From Raja brachyura (taxonomy: Eukaryota), in contig OY740795.1 of assembly GCA_963514005.1 (NCBI GenBank), positions 33,480,001 to 33,544,000 on the forward strand: a stretch of 64,000 nucleotides of DNA, written 5' to 3'. Every line of letters starts with the position of its first letter. Position 1 is the stretch's first letter. Position numbers and translations under genes: made by a program. Below are positions 12,882 through 24,091 of the stretch, one piece after another. The notes under the pieces were generated by a model that was not told the DNA's origin, searched no databases, and saw only the letters and a program-made list of their open reading frames with translations.

Positions 12882-13088
12882 ACTTCTTCGCTTCGTCTTC
12901 TCGTCCTTCAACGCCACATCCGCACACGGGAAGGGGCAGCTACTTAGAGAATAAGAAATTCATCTCATAAACACTGACGGAAACACCAGGGATTTTTTTC
13001 GCAAAATTACTGGCACAAATAAGGAAGTGGGATGAACATTACTCAGTTTAGTTTTACAGTTGGCTTTACTCAACTGATTACTTGAAGA

Positions 13089-13168
13089 GATCTGAAGAAG
13101 GGTTCCGATCTGAAACATCACCGATCCACAGATGTTGCCTGAGGTACTCCAGCATTTTGTGTCTTTTT
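13089..13168 (+). mobile_element. Penelope-derived repeat with hammerhead-like core
   Basis: ctgaagaagggttccgatctgaaacatcacc followed by a shortened family body. Confidence 0.7.
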
Positions 13169-13654
13169 TGTTGTTCCTTGTTTCTACTTGAAGAGCCCCA
13201 CACTTTGTATCAGGTTTCGAAACACCAGTTATCCACTACTTCTGTTTCCACTTGGATATTTTTCCTTTAGTCCATGCTCTACTCTAAGCTAGGATCTGCA
13301 ATAAAACTGACCTTGGTCCAATCATTTGCCAATATGGTGTCCAGAGCATGAATAAGAACAGACTTGGTGAGCCTCAGTCCCTGTTTGGAAACATCTGAGA
13401 GCTTAACAACTCTGCATGAGGAAAATGTATTCAAAGTCACAACCATATCAGCGTTCATAACAAAGGGCCTTAACAACTGAAAAATGGGCAGTGAAAAGAA
13501 GCACATGACCTTATACGCATGTATTTCTCACATTCAATTTTACTGTGATTTTCATAAGTTTATCTAATTTGCTGGTGCTTTAGACTTGGAGTAAAACTTC
13601 ATGGCTCCATCGGTACTCGAGAGTCATAAATCCTTGGTGCTTTAATCCCACTCA

Positions 13655-13964
13655 TTTTAAGTTTAGACCTTAGAGATACAGCGGGGTAACAGCCCTGTGG
13701 TCCACCGGATCCATGCCAACCAGTGCCCACCCCATACACTAGCTCCATCCTACATAATAGGGACAATTTACAATTTACAGAAGCCAATTAACCTACAAAC
13801 CTGGACATCTTTGGAGTATGGGTGGAAAACGGAGCACCCGGAGAAAACCCATGCGGTCACAGGGAGAAAGTACAAACTTCGTACAGACAAAACTCAAAGT
13901 CAGGATCAAACCTGGGTCTCTGGTGCTGTAGGGCAGCAAGTCTACCTCTGCGCCACTGTGCCGC
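13655..13964 (-). mobile_element. tRNA-derived V-SINE (HE1-like)
   Basis: Reverse complement of the 1242-1514 family, including the V-domain (ggaaaacggagcacccggagaaaacccatgcggtc) and tRNA head. Confidence 0.8.
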
Positions 13965-16257
13965 AGAGCAAAATAAATGGATTGTAAGAATAACTTGTAC
14001 ATTAAATTTGCAAATAATGTGGATGGTTCCCATATAGAAATATGATATTTTGTGTCCGAATACGAACAAAAACGTCAGCAAGGTGTCATTTTGTTCTCCT
14101 GATAGACATTTTACTGTTGGCTTTGTGAGATAAAGAAGAGGCTATTCACAAAAAGACCTGACCTGTGGCTTTTATTCACATGGGAGGATGGGGGTGGGGT
14201 GGAATGGGTGGGGGGATGTGGTGACCCTCAGACATGAAATTGTTCAAAGTCTAATGGCACTATTCACCACCGACAAAGAGTGCAAAGATGGAAATCTTTG
14301 ATAGTTTTCAAACTGTAAAGAAATATACAAAGACCCAGAATAGAGGGAACAAAACTGACAATCATGCGTGCAGTTTAATCCTGCCAATCTGACAAACCAA
14401 ACCACGATTCAAATGTTTGCAGGACTAATGCTGACAGTAGACAGAGTTTAATAGAGAAATTTCACACCAGCATGTCGGGAGTCTTAAACCAGTTCATACT
14501 CATTGTAAAATTTATATTTAACAAGTTAACAAACCAGTTGTTTTGAACAAAATCATTAATTTGTATTTATGAATATACAAAAGTCAATCTTGTTGGAGGT
14601 TCTTGCTTATTTTGTAAACATTTTAATTTGATTCCACACAACTAAATGTAGATCTGTGGCCGTGTCCAATTAACCCTCAGTGGGGAATGATTAAATGTTT
14701 AAGGTGGTGTAAGTACCGAAAGCAGACAAAGACCACAGGCTAGGCTTCTGTTGTCATTTTACAAGTACTGACTCTGGAGGATGGGATCCAATTTCTCCTT
14801 TTACATAAAGCCAAATGTGGTAACAAATGAACTTGTGTAATAAGAGATTTGTGATAAAGTAGATCCATCAGTGCATTTCTTCCTGTGGTGATTCTTGCTG
14901 TTTGCCGTTGAGGGTCTTGATGGGGACAAAATATGTATTTGCTAGAGTTCACCGTAATTTTTTAACTAGGTGGAGTTGGAATACTGATGGTGTCAAATCT
15001 CTTAATTGTGCTTGTTCGAGTCTGTGACAAGGGTGGGGGAGAGTAAGAATACGATAGTTGGGTGTACTCATGCTAAAGAAACCCACTACCTCACCTTTCC
15101 TCAGTTGTCGTTAAACCTTTGTTGTGTTGCTGCTATGAAAGCAAAATTCCATTGATAAGGACAACAGCCCATCCTAAATGAATGGAAGACGAGAGAGCAT
15201 CAAGTTCCAGAGCAGGTCTAATGCAACAAGATCAGTCGAATTAGAGATTGTTGATTTTCTGTTTTTTTAAAGTTAGAAACACTATACTTAAGGGAACATT
15301 TACACATTTGTCAAAATTGTGCTGTAGGAGAAATGAGGTGGTCCAAAATGCTACTTTTAATCATGCAAGTGCCACCTTTCTCTACCTCAGTCCCAGATCC
15401 AATACATTATAAGAGATATATATAACAAAAATAAAGTGATGGCATTACAAAATACAAGATAAAGAGTTCAAAACTATTTCTCTTTAAAGTGAACATTCAT
15501 AAATATTTCAGTTTTTGTAGGTAATAATCTGGCCAGGTTTCAGTGGAAGAACTGAAACCTTTTGCGGAAAGGTCTTTACACATAAAAATCTTAATATGGG
15601 CTGCTCTCTGCAATTTTCTGCGAACTTTAGTAGTTGCCTCCAGCACATTTTACAGCTGCAACCTCCCAGCACCTTATAGGTGGGTGGCTTTTTTTTATCC
15701 GTACAGTGCAGATTGGTTCATCTCCAAACTCCGCATCTCCCCAGTGATCGGTCAGATGATACCAATGTTTCTTCCCTGACTAGACTTAAATCAGAACAAC
15801 AGTCAGAACATACCTTCTGCAGTGTATTTGTATCAACATTCACAGGTGAAAAAGACGGGGCCAACTGCAACCAGAATATTGCTCTTGTCTCCATGCACCT
15901 GAGGCTAACAAGAAAGACTCCAGGCAAATTATACTTTAATGACCACACAGCGAACTCACAGAATTGTTCAAGAATTCTTTTCTTTTTCATCTTCAACATT
16001 GTTCCTTTGCCTCACTTGTTCAAGAATTTTAGAGAAAGCTTTTCAGATCCTTAACCGAGCAATATTGGATCACCTGGCAGAGGGACTAAAGGAAAACCAG
16101 ATGGAAATGAACACAATCTTTTAACAAAACACATCCTATTTTCCAGATATTTTTATACTTATGTTATATATTACTCCAGGCAGAGGAAGAAGACATCTGC
16201 ACTGTTATTTCTTTCCAGCTTGCCAACACCAATTGCCTTGTGCTGCTACACAAAGTG

Positions 16258-16420
16258 TAGATTGAGGAGATTCGGTATGTCAGCAAATCCCCTCTTGAAC
16301 TTCTACAGGTGTGCAGTAGAGACCATATAGACTGGTCGCATCACTGCCTGGTTTGGCAACTTGAACGCCCAGGAACAAAGAAAATTGCAAAAAGTGGCAA
16401 ACACGGTCCAGTTCATTGCG
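16258..16420 (+). mobile_element. Rex1/Babar LINE C-terminal fragment
   Basis: aacttctacaggtgtgcagtagag...actggtcgcatcactgcctggtttggcaac (NFYRCAVE...TG.ITAWFGN), homologous to 27860-27960. Confidence 0.65.
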
Positions 16421-16439
16421 TGTAATGACGAGTTTTTAA

Positions 16440-16600
16440 CTATTCTTCTTCTTAAGCAAGGGTCTATCAATTCCCAGGAGGTAGCAGGGATGTTGTATTT
16501 CTTCAAGGATGTTTCCTTTGTCCACCTGATAACCTCTTGCTGTGACATATTGGAATAGAGTGTCAGCAGAGAATGTGGTGTCAGGAATTTGAATGCTGGA
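16440..16600 (-). mobile_element. decayed RTE (BovB-like) 3' fragment
   Basis: The minus-strand translation contains KETSLKKYNIPATSWE, resembling the C-terminus of RTE-clade ORFs. Confidence 0.4.
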
Positions 16601-16879
16601 GTCTGTCTAAAAGGAGCCAACTGAATGTAAAGAAGGTTTCAATGGTGGAGATCCATAGTCTGGGAGAGGATGCTGATAGTCGTTAGCTTATCTTTGCAGA
16701 CAGTGTTAGGTGGTACTTCCATGGTTATTTAAAATACCTGCTATCACTCATTTTCTCAGTTAGGCATAGCAGGGGGTGATTTTCATTGTCAAGTCCCGTC
16801 TATTGAAATATGCACAAGTACGGTAAGGTACATGGACGATGAAATATGCTTGCAGCAGCATTACAGGAACATTACACTC

Positions 16880-16980
16880 CGGCAATCGAAGTGGGACCGG
16901 CCACACGAGGCCCTACGGCTCAAGCAACCACGTTAGGTCGCGCTCGCCGCATGCAGTAGTTTGCTGGTGGGACAGGCCCT
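16880..16980. mobile_element. PIF/Harbinger MITE family B, right end only
   Basis: Ends in gctggtgggacaggccct-TTA and matches the right end of 40876-41400; no left TIR seen. Confidence 0.75.
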
Positions 16981-18126
16981 TTATCTTCGTGACCATGAAT
17001 GGCAACCATTTGTGCCTTAGGTGCTCATGGACATCTGCCCACATGTGGGAAACATGAAATTCCAGGATGACCGGAAAGTCAGAGTTTGGTATCATTAAAT
17101 GTCTACTCTGCTGGTAAACCAGTGAACACAGTTATGGAGAGATCTCTCCCTGGACAGTGTCTAGATTCACTTTGTATCTAGCCCTGAGAGACAGACTTAC
17201 AAATAGCGATACTATCCATTTGAATGGGTTTGCAAATGCAGTTACAGGTACTACTTATTTTACTTTATTTCACGTTAAAAAAAAATTATGATTGTATTTT
17301 AATGATCTATATATTTTTTAGTTTTGCCATTTACATTTATTTGACTCAAAGACATTAAAAAAAACTGTTACAAAGCCTTTGACAGCCAGCAAGCTTGGGT
17401 GGGCAGGTAGTGCTGGTGGTGAGGTCAAACAGCCCACTGGATCCAACAGGATTCAATCCCATGTCGAAGAAAACAAGAGCTATTCTTACAAAAACAATCT
17501 ATTAAAATGTCCTGTTTTTTTCTCTGCTGTTATTTTCTGATATCTTAGTTTTAAAAAGGAACCTGAGGTGCTTACGATAATTCACTCTGCCGAATTTGCC
17601 ATTTTCATCGTCTTAAAAAAGAAAGCTTTTAACCTGCATAAACTGATGATGAATTAGTTCAAGCAAAACAATATAATTGTGAGGTGATGTCATAAAAAAT
17701 GACATCAAGGTTAATTATCCACAATTATTTTCAGCACGTGGTCAAAGAGCTAGAGCTTTAAAATATAACCGCAGATTTTGCAAACCCAACATAATTTTGA
17801 TTGTACCAATAATTCCTTTTAATACCGCTCCCCTGCTTCCTGGGGATAGCGTTGGTTTGGGAGCCATCGTAGCTGTCTGTGAATTCACTTTGGCTGCTAA
17901 TACCTTTAGATGTGGGTAACTATGCGATCGGGAGCTCCTAAAGCAAGCAAGTGCCTTTGTCCTTTGGTGAAAACCTATTTGATATTGGGACAAAATGTAG
18001 TGCCCACATTTAGTGCATTAAAAAACAGTGGCATCCAATATTGAGGCATATGAAGCGGAGCGTATGGACGCGACACGACCTGCAATGGCACAGAGCTGTG
18101 GAGCACCAGTGGAGGACACTGACAAC

Positions 18127-19761
18127 CAGGCACGTGCCGTGAGTAATTACTCAGGGTAGGCAGTCAGCCGGCTTAAAAAAAAAAAATCTTAAACTGCGCA
18201 TGCGCAGATTGCTCTCTTCGTAAAAAATAAGTAACAATTCAATTTTCCCAAGGCTTCTCAATCTCCTTCATTTTTCAAGTACTGAATGGGTGGGAGACGG
18301 AGAATGAAGGCAGGTGGAGAGATGGTGGGAAAAACGGGAGCATACCGTTGAATCAGTTGTCATCTTATTGAATGACAATACTAATTCAAGGGTTCATTTG
18401 GAGGGAGAGTTCCTTTCACGGCGTGTGGAGAGTCTGTGCCAGGGGTTAAAGATGCGGAGAGTCAAAGTCAAAGTCAAAGTATCCTTTCGGTCTGAACGAA
18501 ATTTCATTGCGTTCAGGAGTGGGCAGGGGTGGCAGGAGTGACATTGAGGGCATGAGTGTTGAGAAGGAGGGGGGTCAGAGATCATATCAGTAACTCACTC
18601 ACCGCTGGCCCAGCGCTCCGGGCATGGACAGCAGAACTGGCCACCACTTCCGGGGATAGAAGCAGCTCGGGTGCGAGCGGCCTCCGGAACCCGACAGCAG
18701 AACTGGCTGCCACTTCAGCGCCTTCTGCCGGCCCGCTCACCTTTGTCAGTGCTCTTCGTCTGAACATCTCTCACCTGCCGCTCGCCGCTTCGCTCATGTC
18801 AACCGTGTCCCGCAAATCCTTAAATTGCCACAGCCAAGTAACCGCAACTGGTCCCGTGAGCGCGCTGTCGGAATTTAAAGATATACGGGAAGCCGGCCGG
18901 CGAGCGGCAGGTGAGAGATGTTCAGATGGAGAGCACTGCCAGAGGTGAGTGGGGACCAGCAGAAGGGGCTGAAGTGGCAGCCGGTTCTGCTGTCGGGTCC
19001 CGGCGGCCGCTCAAAGTCAGTAACCCGAGCTGCTTTCTTCCTCGGAAGTGGCGGCCAGTTCTGCTGTCCGTGCCCAGAGTGCTGCGGCAGCCACCCAAGC
19101 TAATTCACTCCCCGGCCACAATAAAAACCATATAGCAATTACAGCACAGAAACAGGCCATCTCGGCCCTTTTAGTCTGTGCCGAACACTTACTCTCATCT
19201 AGTCCCATCTACCTGCACTCAAACCGGAGCATGGCTAGTGGGTTACTGACCCCAATCCCCTTCTTCACAATGCCAGACTCCCCAAAGATTGTGAACTGAG
19301 CTCTCCCCCACCCCGGGAAATACAGTATTTATTAAAATTATGCACCAAGAAATGCACTTACCACGTTATTGGTACATTAAGTCCATTCTTCACTCTTTGT
19401 TTCCTGAGATACTATTAAAATGACAATCCATATTTGAAAATCCCGCCAAGAAACTCGCGCTGCGCATGCGCAGTATGCTGATGCGCATGTGCAGAGCTGC
19501 AAAGGCAGAATTTCTGCTGCCTTCAGCTCCCCTTGAAACTGACGGCTCAGGCAGCACCGACAGCACGTGGGCTGCACAGAGCTTCCCGCGTTACAAGTGC
19601 TGCGGATGAAAGGCACGGAGAATATGCCTATCTAAGAGATCGATCTCTTAGATAGGCATAATTCTCCCATGCCTTTACTATTTATATTTAATAATTGCCA
19701 TTTCATAATTTTAGTCAGGGTAGGCAGTGCCTACCTTGCCTACCCTGACGGCACGTGCCTG
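18127..19761. mobile_element. non-autonomous hAT DNA transposon, 1635 bp
   Basis: TIRs CAGGCACGTGCCGT / ACGGCACGTGCCTG, a perfect 8 bp TSD CTGACAAC (18119-18126, 19762-19769) and subterminal cagggtaggca / gcctacc repeats. No transposase ORF. Confidence 0.9.
19623..19660. repeat. perfect 38 bp palindrome
   Basis: tatgcctatctaagagatc-gatctcttagataggcata; extends 6 bp further (ggagaa/ttctcc) across a one-base bulge. Confidence 0.95.
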
Positions 19762-19984
19762 CTGACAACGATGCTTGGCCAGGCTGACCCAGCAATGTCA
19801 CCATTGGAGCTGCAGTGGACGACTCCAACAGCTACACTTGGTCAGGTCGACCCTCAACACCTCCAGGACACGGACCTTTATGGCGAAGTTAAGAATTCTG
19901 CACTTATAACAACTTGGACATGAAAATGGTGCCAAACCTAGCGACACTTGTATATAAGCGTCGCTTATAAAGAATTTCACTGTA

Positions 19985-21592
19985 CAGTGGTATGAAAAAT
20001 ATTCATACCACTTGAACGTTTCCACATTTTGTCACGTTACAACCACAAATGTAAATGTATTTTATTGGGATTTTATGTGATAGACCAACACAAAGTGGTG
20101 TATTATTGTGAAGTGGAAGGAAAATTATACATGGTTTCCAAATTTTATTACAATAATGAAAAGTGTGGCGTGCAAAAGTATTCAGCCCCCCTGAGTCAAT
20201 ACTTTGTAGAACCACCTTTCGCTGCAATTACAGCTGCAAGTCTTTTGGGTTATGTCACTACCAGCTTTGCACATCTAGAGACTGACATTTTTGCCCATTC
20301 TTCTTTGCAAAATAGCTCAAGCTCAGTCAGATTGGATGGAGAGCGTCTGTGAACAGCAATTTTCAAGTTTGCCAGAGATTCTCAATTGGATTTAGGTCTG
20401 GACTTTGACTGGGCCATTCTAAAACATGAATATGCTTTGATCTAAACCATTCCAATGTAGCTCTGGCTGTATGTTTAGGGTCGTTGTCCTGCTGGAAGGT
20501 GAACCTCCGCCCCAGTCTCAAGTCTTTTGCAGACTCTAACAGGTTTTCTTCCAAGATTGCCCTGTATTTGGCTCCATCCATCTTCCCATCAACTCTGACC
20601 AGCTTCCCTGTCCCTGCTGAAGAAAAGCATCCCCACAGCACGATGCTGCCACCACCATGTTTCACAGTGGGGATAGTGTGTTCAGGGTGATGTGCAGTGT
20701 TAGTTTTCCGCCACACATAACGTTTTGCATTTAGGCCAAAAACTTCAATTTTTGTCTCATCAGACCAGAGCACCTTCCTCCATATGTTTGCTGTGTCCCC
20801 CACATGGCGTATGGCAAACTGCAAACGGGACTTCTTATGGCTTTGTTTCAACAATGGCTTTCTTCTTGCCACTCTTCCATAAAGGCCGATTTGTGGGGTG
20901 CACGACTAATAGTTGTCCTGTGGACAGATTCTTCCACCTGAGCTATGGATCTCTGCAGCTCCTCCAGAGTTACCATGGGCCTCTTGGCTGCTTCTCTGAT
21001 CAATGCTCTCCTTGCCCGGCCTGTCAGTTTAGGTGGATGGCCATGTCTTGGTAGGTTTGCAGTTGCGCCATACTCTTTCCATTTTCGGATGATGGATTGA
21101 ACAGTGCTCCATGAGATGTTCAAAGCTTGGGATAATTTTTTATAACCTAACCCTGCTTTAAACTTCTCCACAATTTTATCCCTGACCTGTCTGGTGTGTT
21201 CCTTGGGCTTCATGATGCAGTTTTTTCATTAATGTTCTCTAACAAACCTCTGAGGCCTTCACAGAACAGCTGTATTTATACTGAGATTAGATTACACACG
21301 ACTGGACTCTATTTACTAATTAGGTGACTTCTGAAGGCAATTGGTTGCACTGGAATTTATTTAGGGGTATCAGAGTAAAGGGGGCTGAATTCTTTTGCAC
21401 GCCACACTTTTCAGTTTTTTATTTGTAAAAAAATTTGAAAACCATGTATCATTTTCCTTCCACTTCACAATTATGCGCCACTTTGTGTTGGTCTATCACA
21501 TAAAATCCCAATAAAATACATTTACGTTTGTGGTTGTAACGTGACAAAATGTGGAAAAGTTCAAGGGGTATGAATACTTTTGCGAGCCATTG
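19985..21592 (-). mobile_element. full-length Tc1-family (DD34E, IR/DR type, Passport-like) DNA transposon
   Basis: TA on both flanks (19983-19984, 21593-21594); about 210 bp TIRs beginning CAGTGG with an inner direct repeat (tgcaaaagtattcagcccc); internal transposase. Confidence 0.95.
20196..21213 (-). pseudogene. Tc1 transposase, disrupted
   Basis: MKPKEHTRQVRDK...GHPPKL (GRPR-like motif)...ARRKPLL...WSDETK...QQDNDPKH...SPDLNPIENLW...AAKGGSTKY*. Frameshifts near 20875 and 20365 and an in-frame TAA near 20250. Confidence 0.93.
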
Positions 21593-23169
21593 TACCCCAG
21601 TACATGTGCCAATAAAGTACCATTGACCCAATCCACATCTCTAACCTTTTATTTTATAACCTATGTAGTTTCTTCCCTGTTGTTGTTGTTTCACCCCTTG
21701 TTCCCAACTGGCAAATATATATTTACTACAGGCACATCTTGGGATATCTTGAGGGGTTGGCCTAGTTCAGCAATGTGCTTCTCTTTTACATTGCTGGTTT
21801 ATTTAAATATTGCACAAAAAAATATCAAAATGCAAATGAGATTCTTACCAAATGCAGAGTCGCAACTTATCAAAGTCAATTTTTAAAAGAATTGTTGGTC
21901 AGTGACAAAACTGAAGTAAGGATTAATGTAGCAAGTGGATGAAGAGCTGGTAAAGTTAGTGAGAAATAGGTTGCAAAAATCAACACAAATTAAGCGGAAA
22001 ATATCTGGCAAACCATACGAGTAATTCACTCCGTTTCTTAAAACGCAAATCCTTCAGCTTTGTGCAACAGCTGGATCTCAACTCACAATGTTTGTTGAAA
22101 GGGTGTAACAATAACCATGCGACTACTCCTTGAAACTATGCAGTTCATAAATTTTTATTGTTTGCCAAGCATTGAAATCTCATTAGGGGTCATAATTCTG
22201 CCGTACTTTGTGACCCTCCCTGATAGTGGAGCTCAAGAATTCAGTGAGGACGTGCACTGCTGGCGAAGGTGCATGTCACGCTACTGTGCAAGGATTTGCT
22301 GCGCTCTAATTCACCGATACATCATGCTATCACGTAACAGTCTGACTATTTGTTTTACCATTTCAGCTGTAATTCATATTTGTGGCTTCTGCAGATATAC
22401 AACATCCACTGTGACTACAGCATCTGTTCAGCAGTTGTACCGAACTTGATACCCCGCGCTAGGTTTTGAGGCATTACATTATTCAAGTACTCCTTCAGGT
22501 TATGGGGGCATTTTCATAAAAAACGTTAAAAAAAAAACTGTTAAGGGCAAACAATCTAAAATATTGTCCTCATGGATTACAGAAATGACCGATTCTGTGT
22601 TATAATGCCTGAAGGCGAAAGCTGTGCTCAGTATTGTACACCAGAGACCAATCCTGGGAAACAAGAACAAATAATGAATCTCTTTACCAGAGCACCACAG
22701 TTTTTAATTATAGTCCTATGATATTGTTACTTCATTATATATTTCAGCAGTAGGGCTATAGGCATTGAAAACACATTTTGTTTTTTAATGGCAATGGCTT
22801 ATTTAGGTATCTTTACTGAAATAGTATCATTATAGTAACTACTCTGTGCTAATGCCAGAGTGAGAGTAGAATGCTGGGTTAACACTGGTGTCAGGCATAA
22901 GAAAACACAGCTCATGGCGTGCACACACACATCTGAATAGCAGTTACATTTTAATGTTAATTTGCTGAAAGGACGGTTGGCCTCTTAGTGATGTTAAAAA
23001 ATATTAGAAATAGAGATCTACTATGTCCCAATCCAGCTGTGTCCTTGTAAACTTTCTGATCCACTCTTTTGTGTGGGGCCGTGGCAAATTCCAATCAACT
23101 TCCTAAATTTAATTTGGATAACTTCAAAATATAATAGACTTGCATATCAGTGCCGAGGGAGATCCACTT

Positions 23170-23510
23170 AAAACATAGGCCAACACAGGTACAGACCCTT
23201 CGGCCCACATAGTCTGTGCCGAACATGATGCCATGACCAAACCGTACCTGCATAATTCATATCCCTCCATTCCCTGCATATCCATGTGCATATCCAAAAG
23301 TCTCTTAAATGGCACTATCGCATCTGCCTCCACCACCACCACTACCCCCACCCCCGGCAGCGTATTTTAGACACTCACCACCCTCTGTGTAAAAATTGCA
23401 CTGCACATCTCCTTTAAACTTTGCCCCTCTCACCTTAAAGCTATGCCCTCGGGTGTTTGATATATGTCCATCGTGGGAAATAGGTTTTGACTGTCTAAAC
23501 ATGCCTCTTG
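23170..23510 (-). mobile_element. CR1 LINE 3' fragment
   Basis: Translation SNTRGHSFKVRGAKFKGDV (CR1 ORF2 C-terminal motif) plus 3' tail. Confidence 0.8.
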
Positions 23511-24091
23511 CATGGCAAAATCACCTTACTGTGCATTACTTAACAGAGTTATTCATAATCTACGTGCTCTGGCTACTTTTACACAGCATGTGTGAGCCCC
23601 TTGGGTTAGAGATGTGCTTAAGTGGTACAAGTTGAGGTCAATGGTGAAATCTAAAGATTCATTCTGTACTTTGGGCTGTAACTTAGCAGTCATTGGTAGA
23701 TAACCACAGTCAATATTTGTTTTATTGAATTCTGCGCCTGAGTTGGGAACAGATGGGAGGGGAGTTTTTGGCAGAAAGGAAGATCCGATTTAAAATCACT
23801 CACTTGTATATTTAAAGGGGCCATTTATTCTTAGTATTGTTCACTGTTACCAAAACTTAAGCACACCCAGCTGGAAGTTTATAGCACAGATTAGTTGGAT
23901 TACATGCTTGCACTTAATTAAGCAGTAAATATTTCCTTTAATTTATTTTGGGTTATATAGGTAACAACTCCTAATCGTGCCCCTTATCAGTGGAACACAC
24001 CTTCATTCAACTATTTGCCTGTTCAATTTCAGGGTCAAATTCCCTACATCTACCTTAAATGCATTTATCACACATTCTTCTCCACTGCTGG

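Noticed and set aside
12121-12954. 277 aa ORF, the longest in the track
   Set aside because: It starts at TTG, crosses an inverted arm and tandem repeats, has low-complexity composition and no recognisable domain; stop-poor GC-rich repeat DNA.
15680-16124. Overlapping 60-124 aa ORFs that might be an exon or pseudogene
   Set aside because: No recognisable protein; at most a very decayed LINE endonuclease region, too weak to call.
18314-19299. Cluster of ORFs with AELAATS / EVAASSAV repeats on both strands
   Set aside because: Mirror translations of the hAT internal inverted repeat; no transposase motifs.
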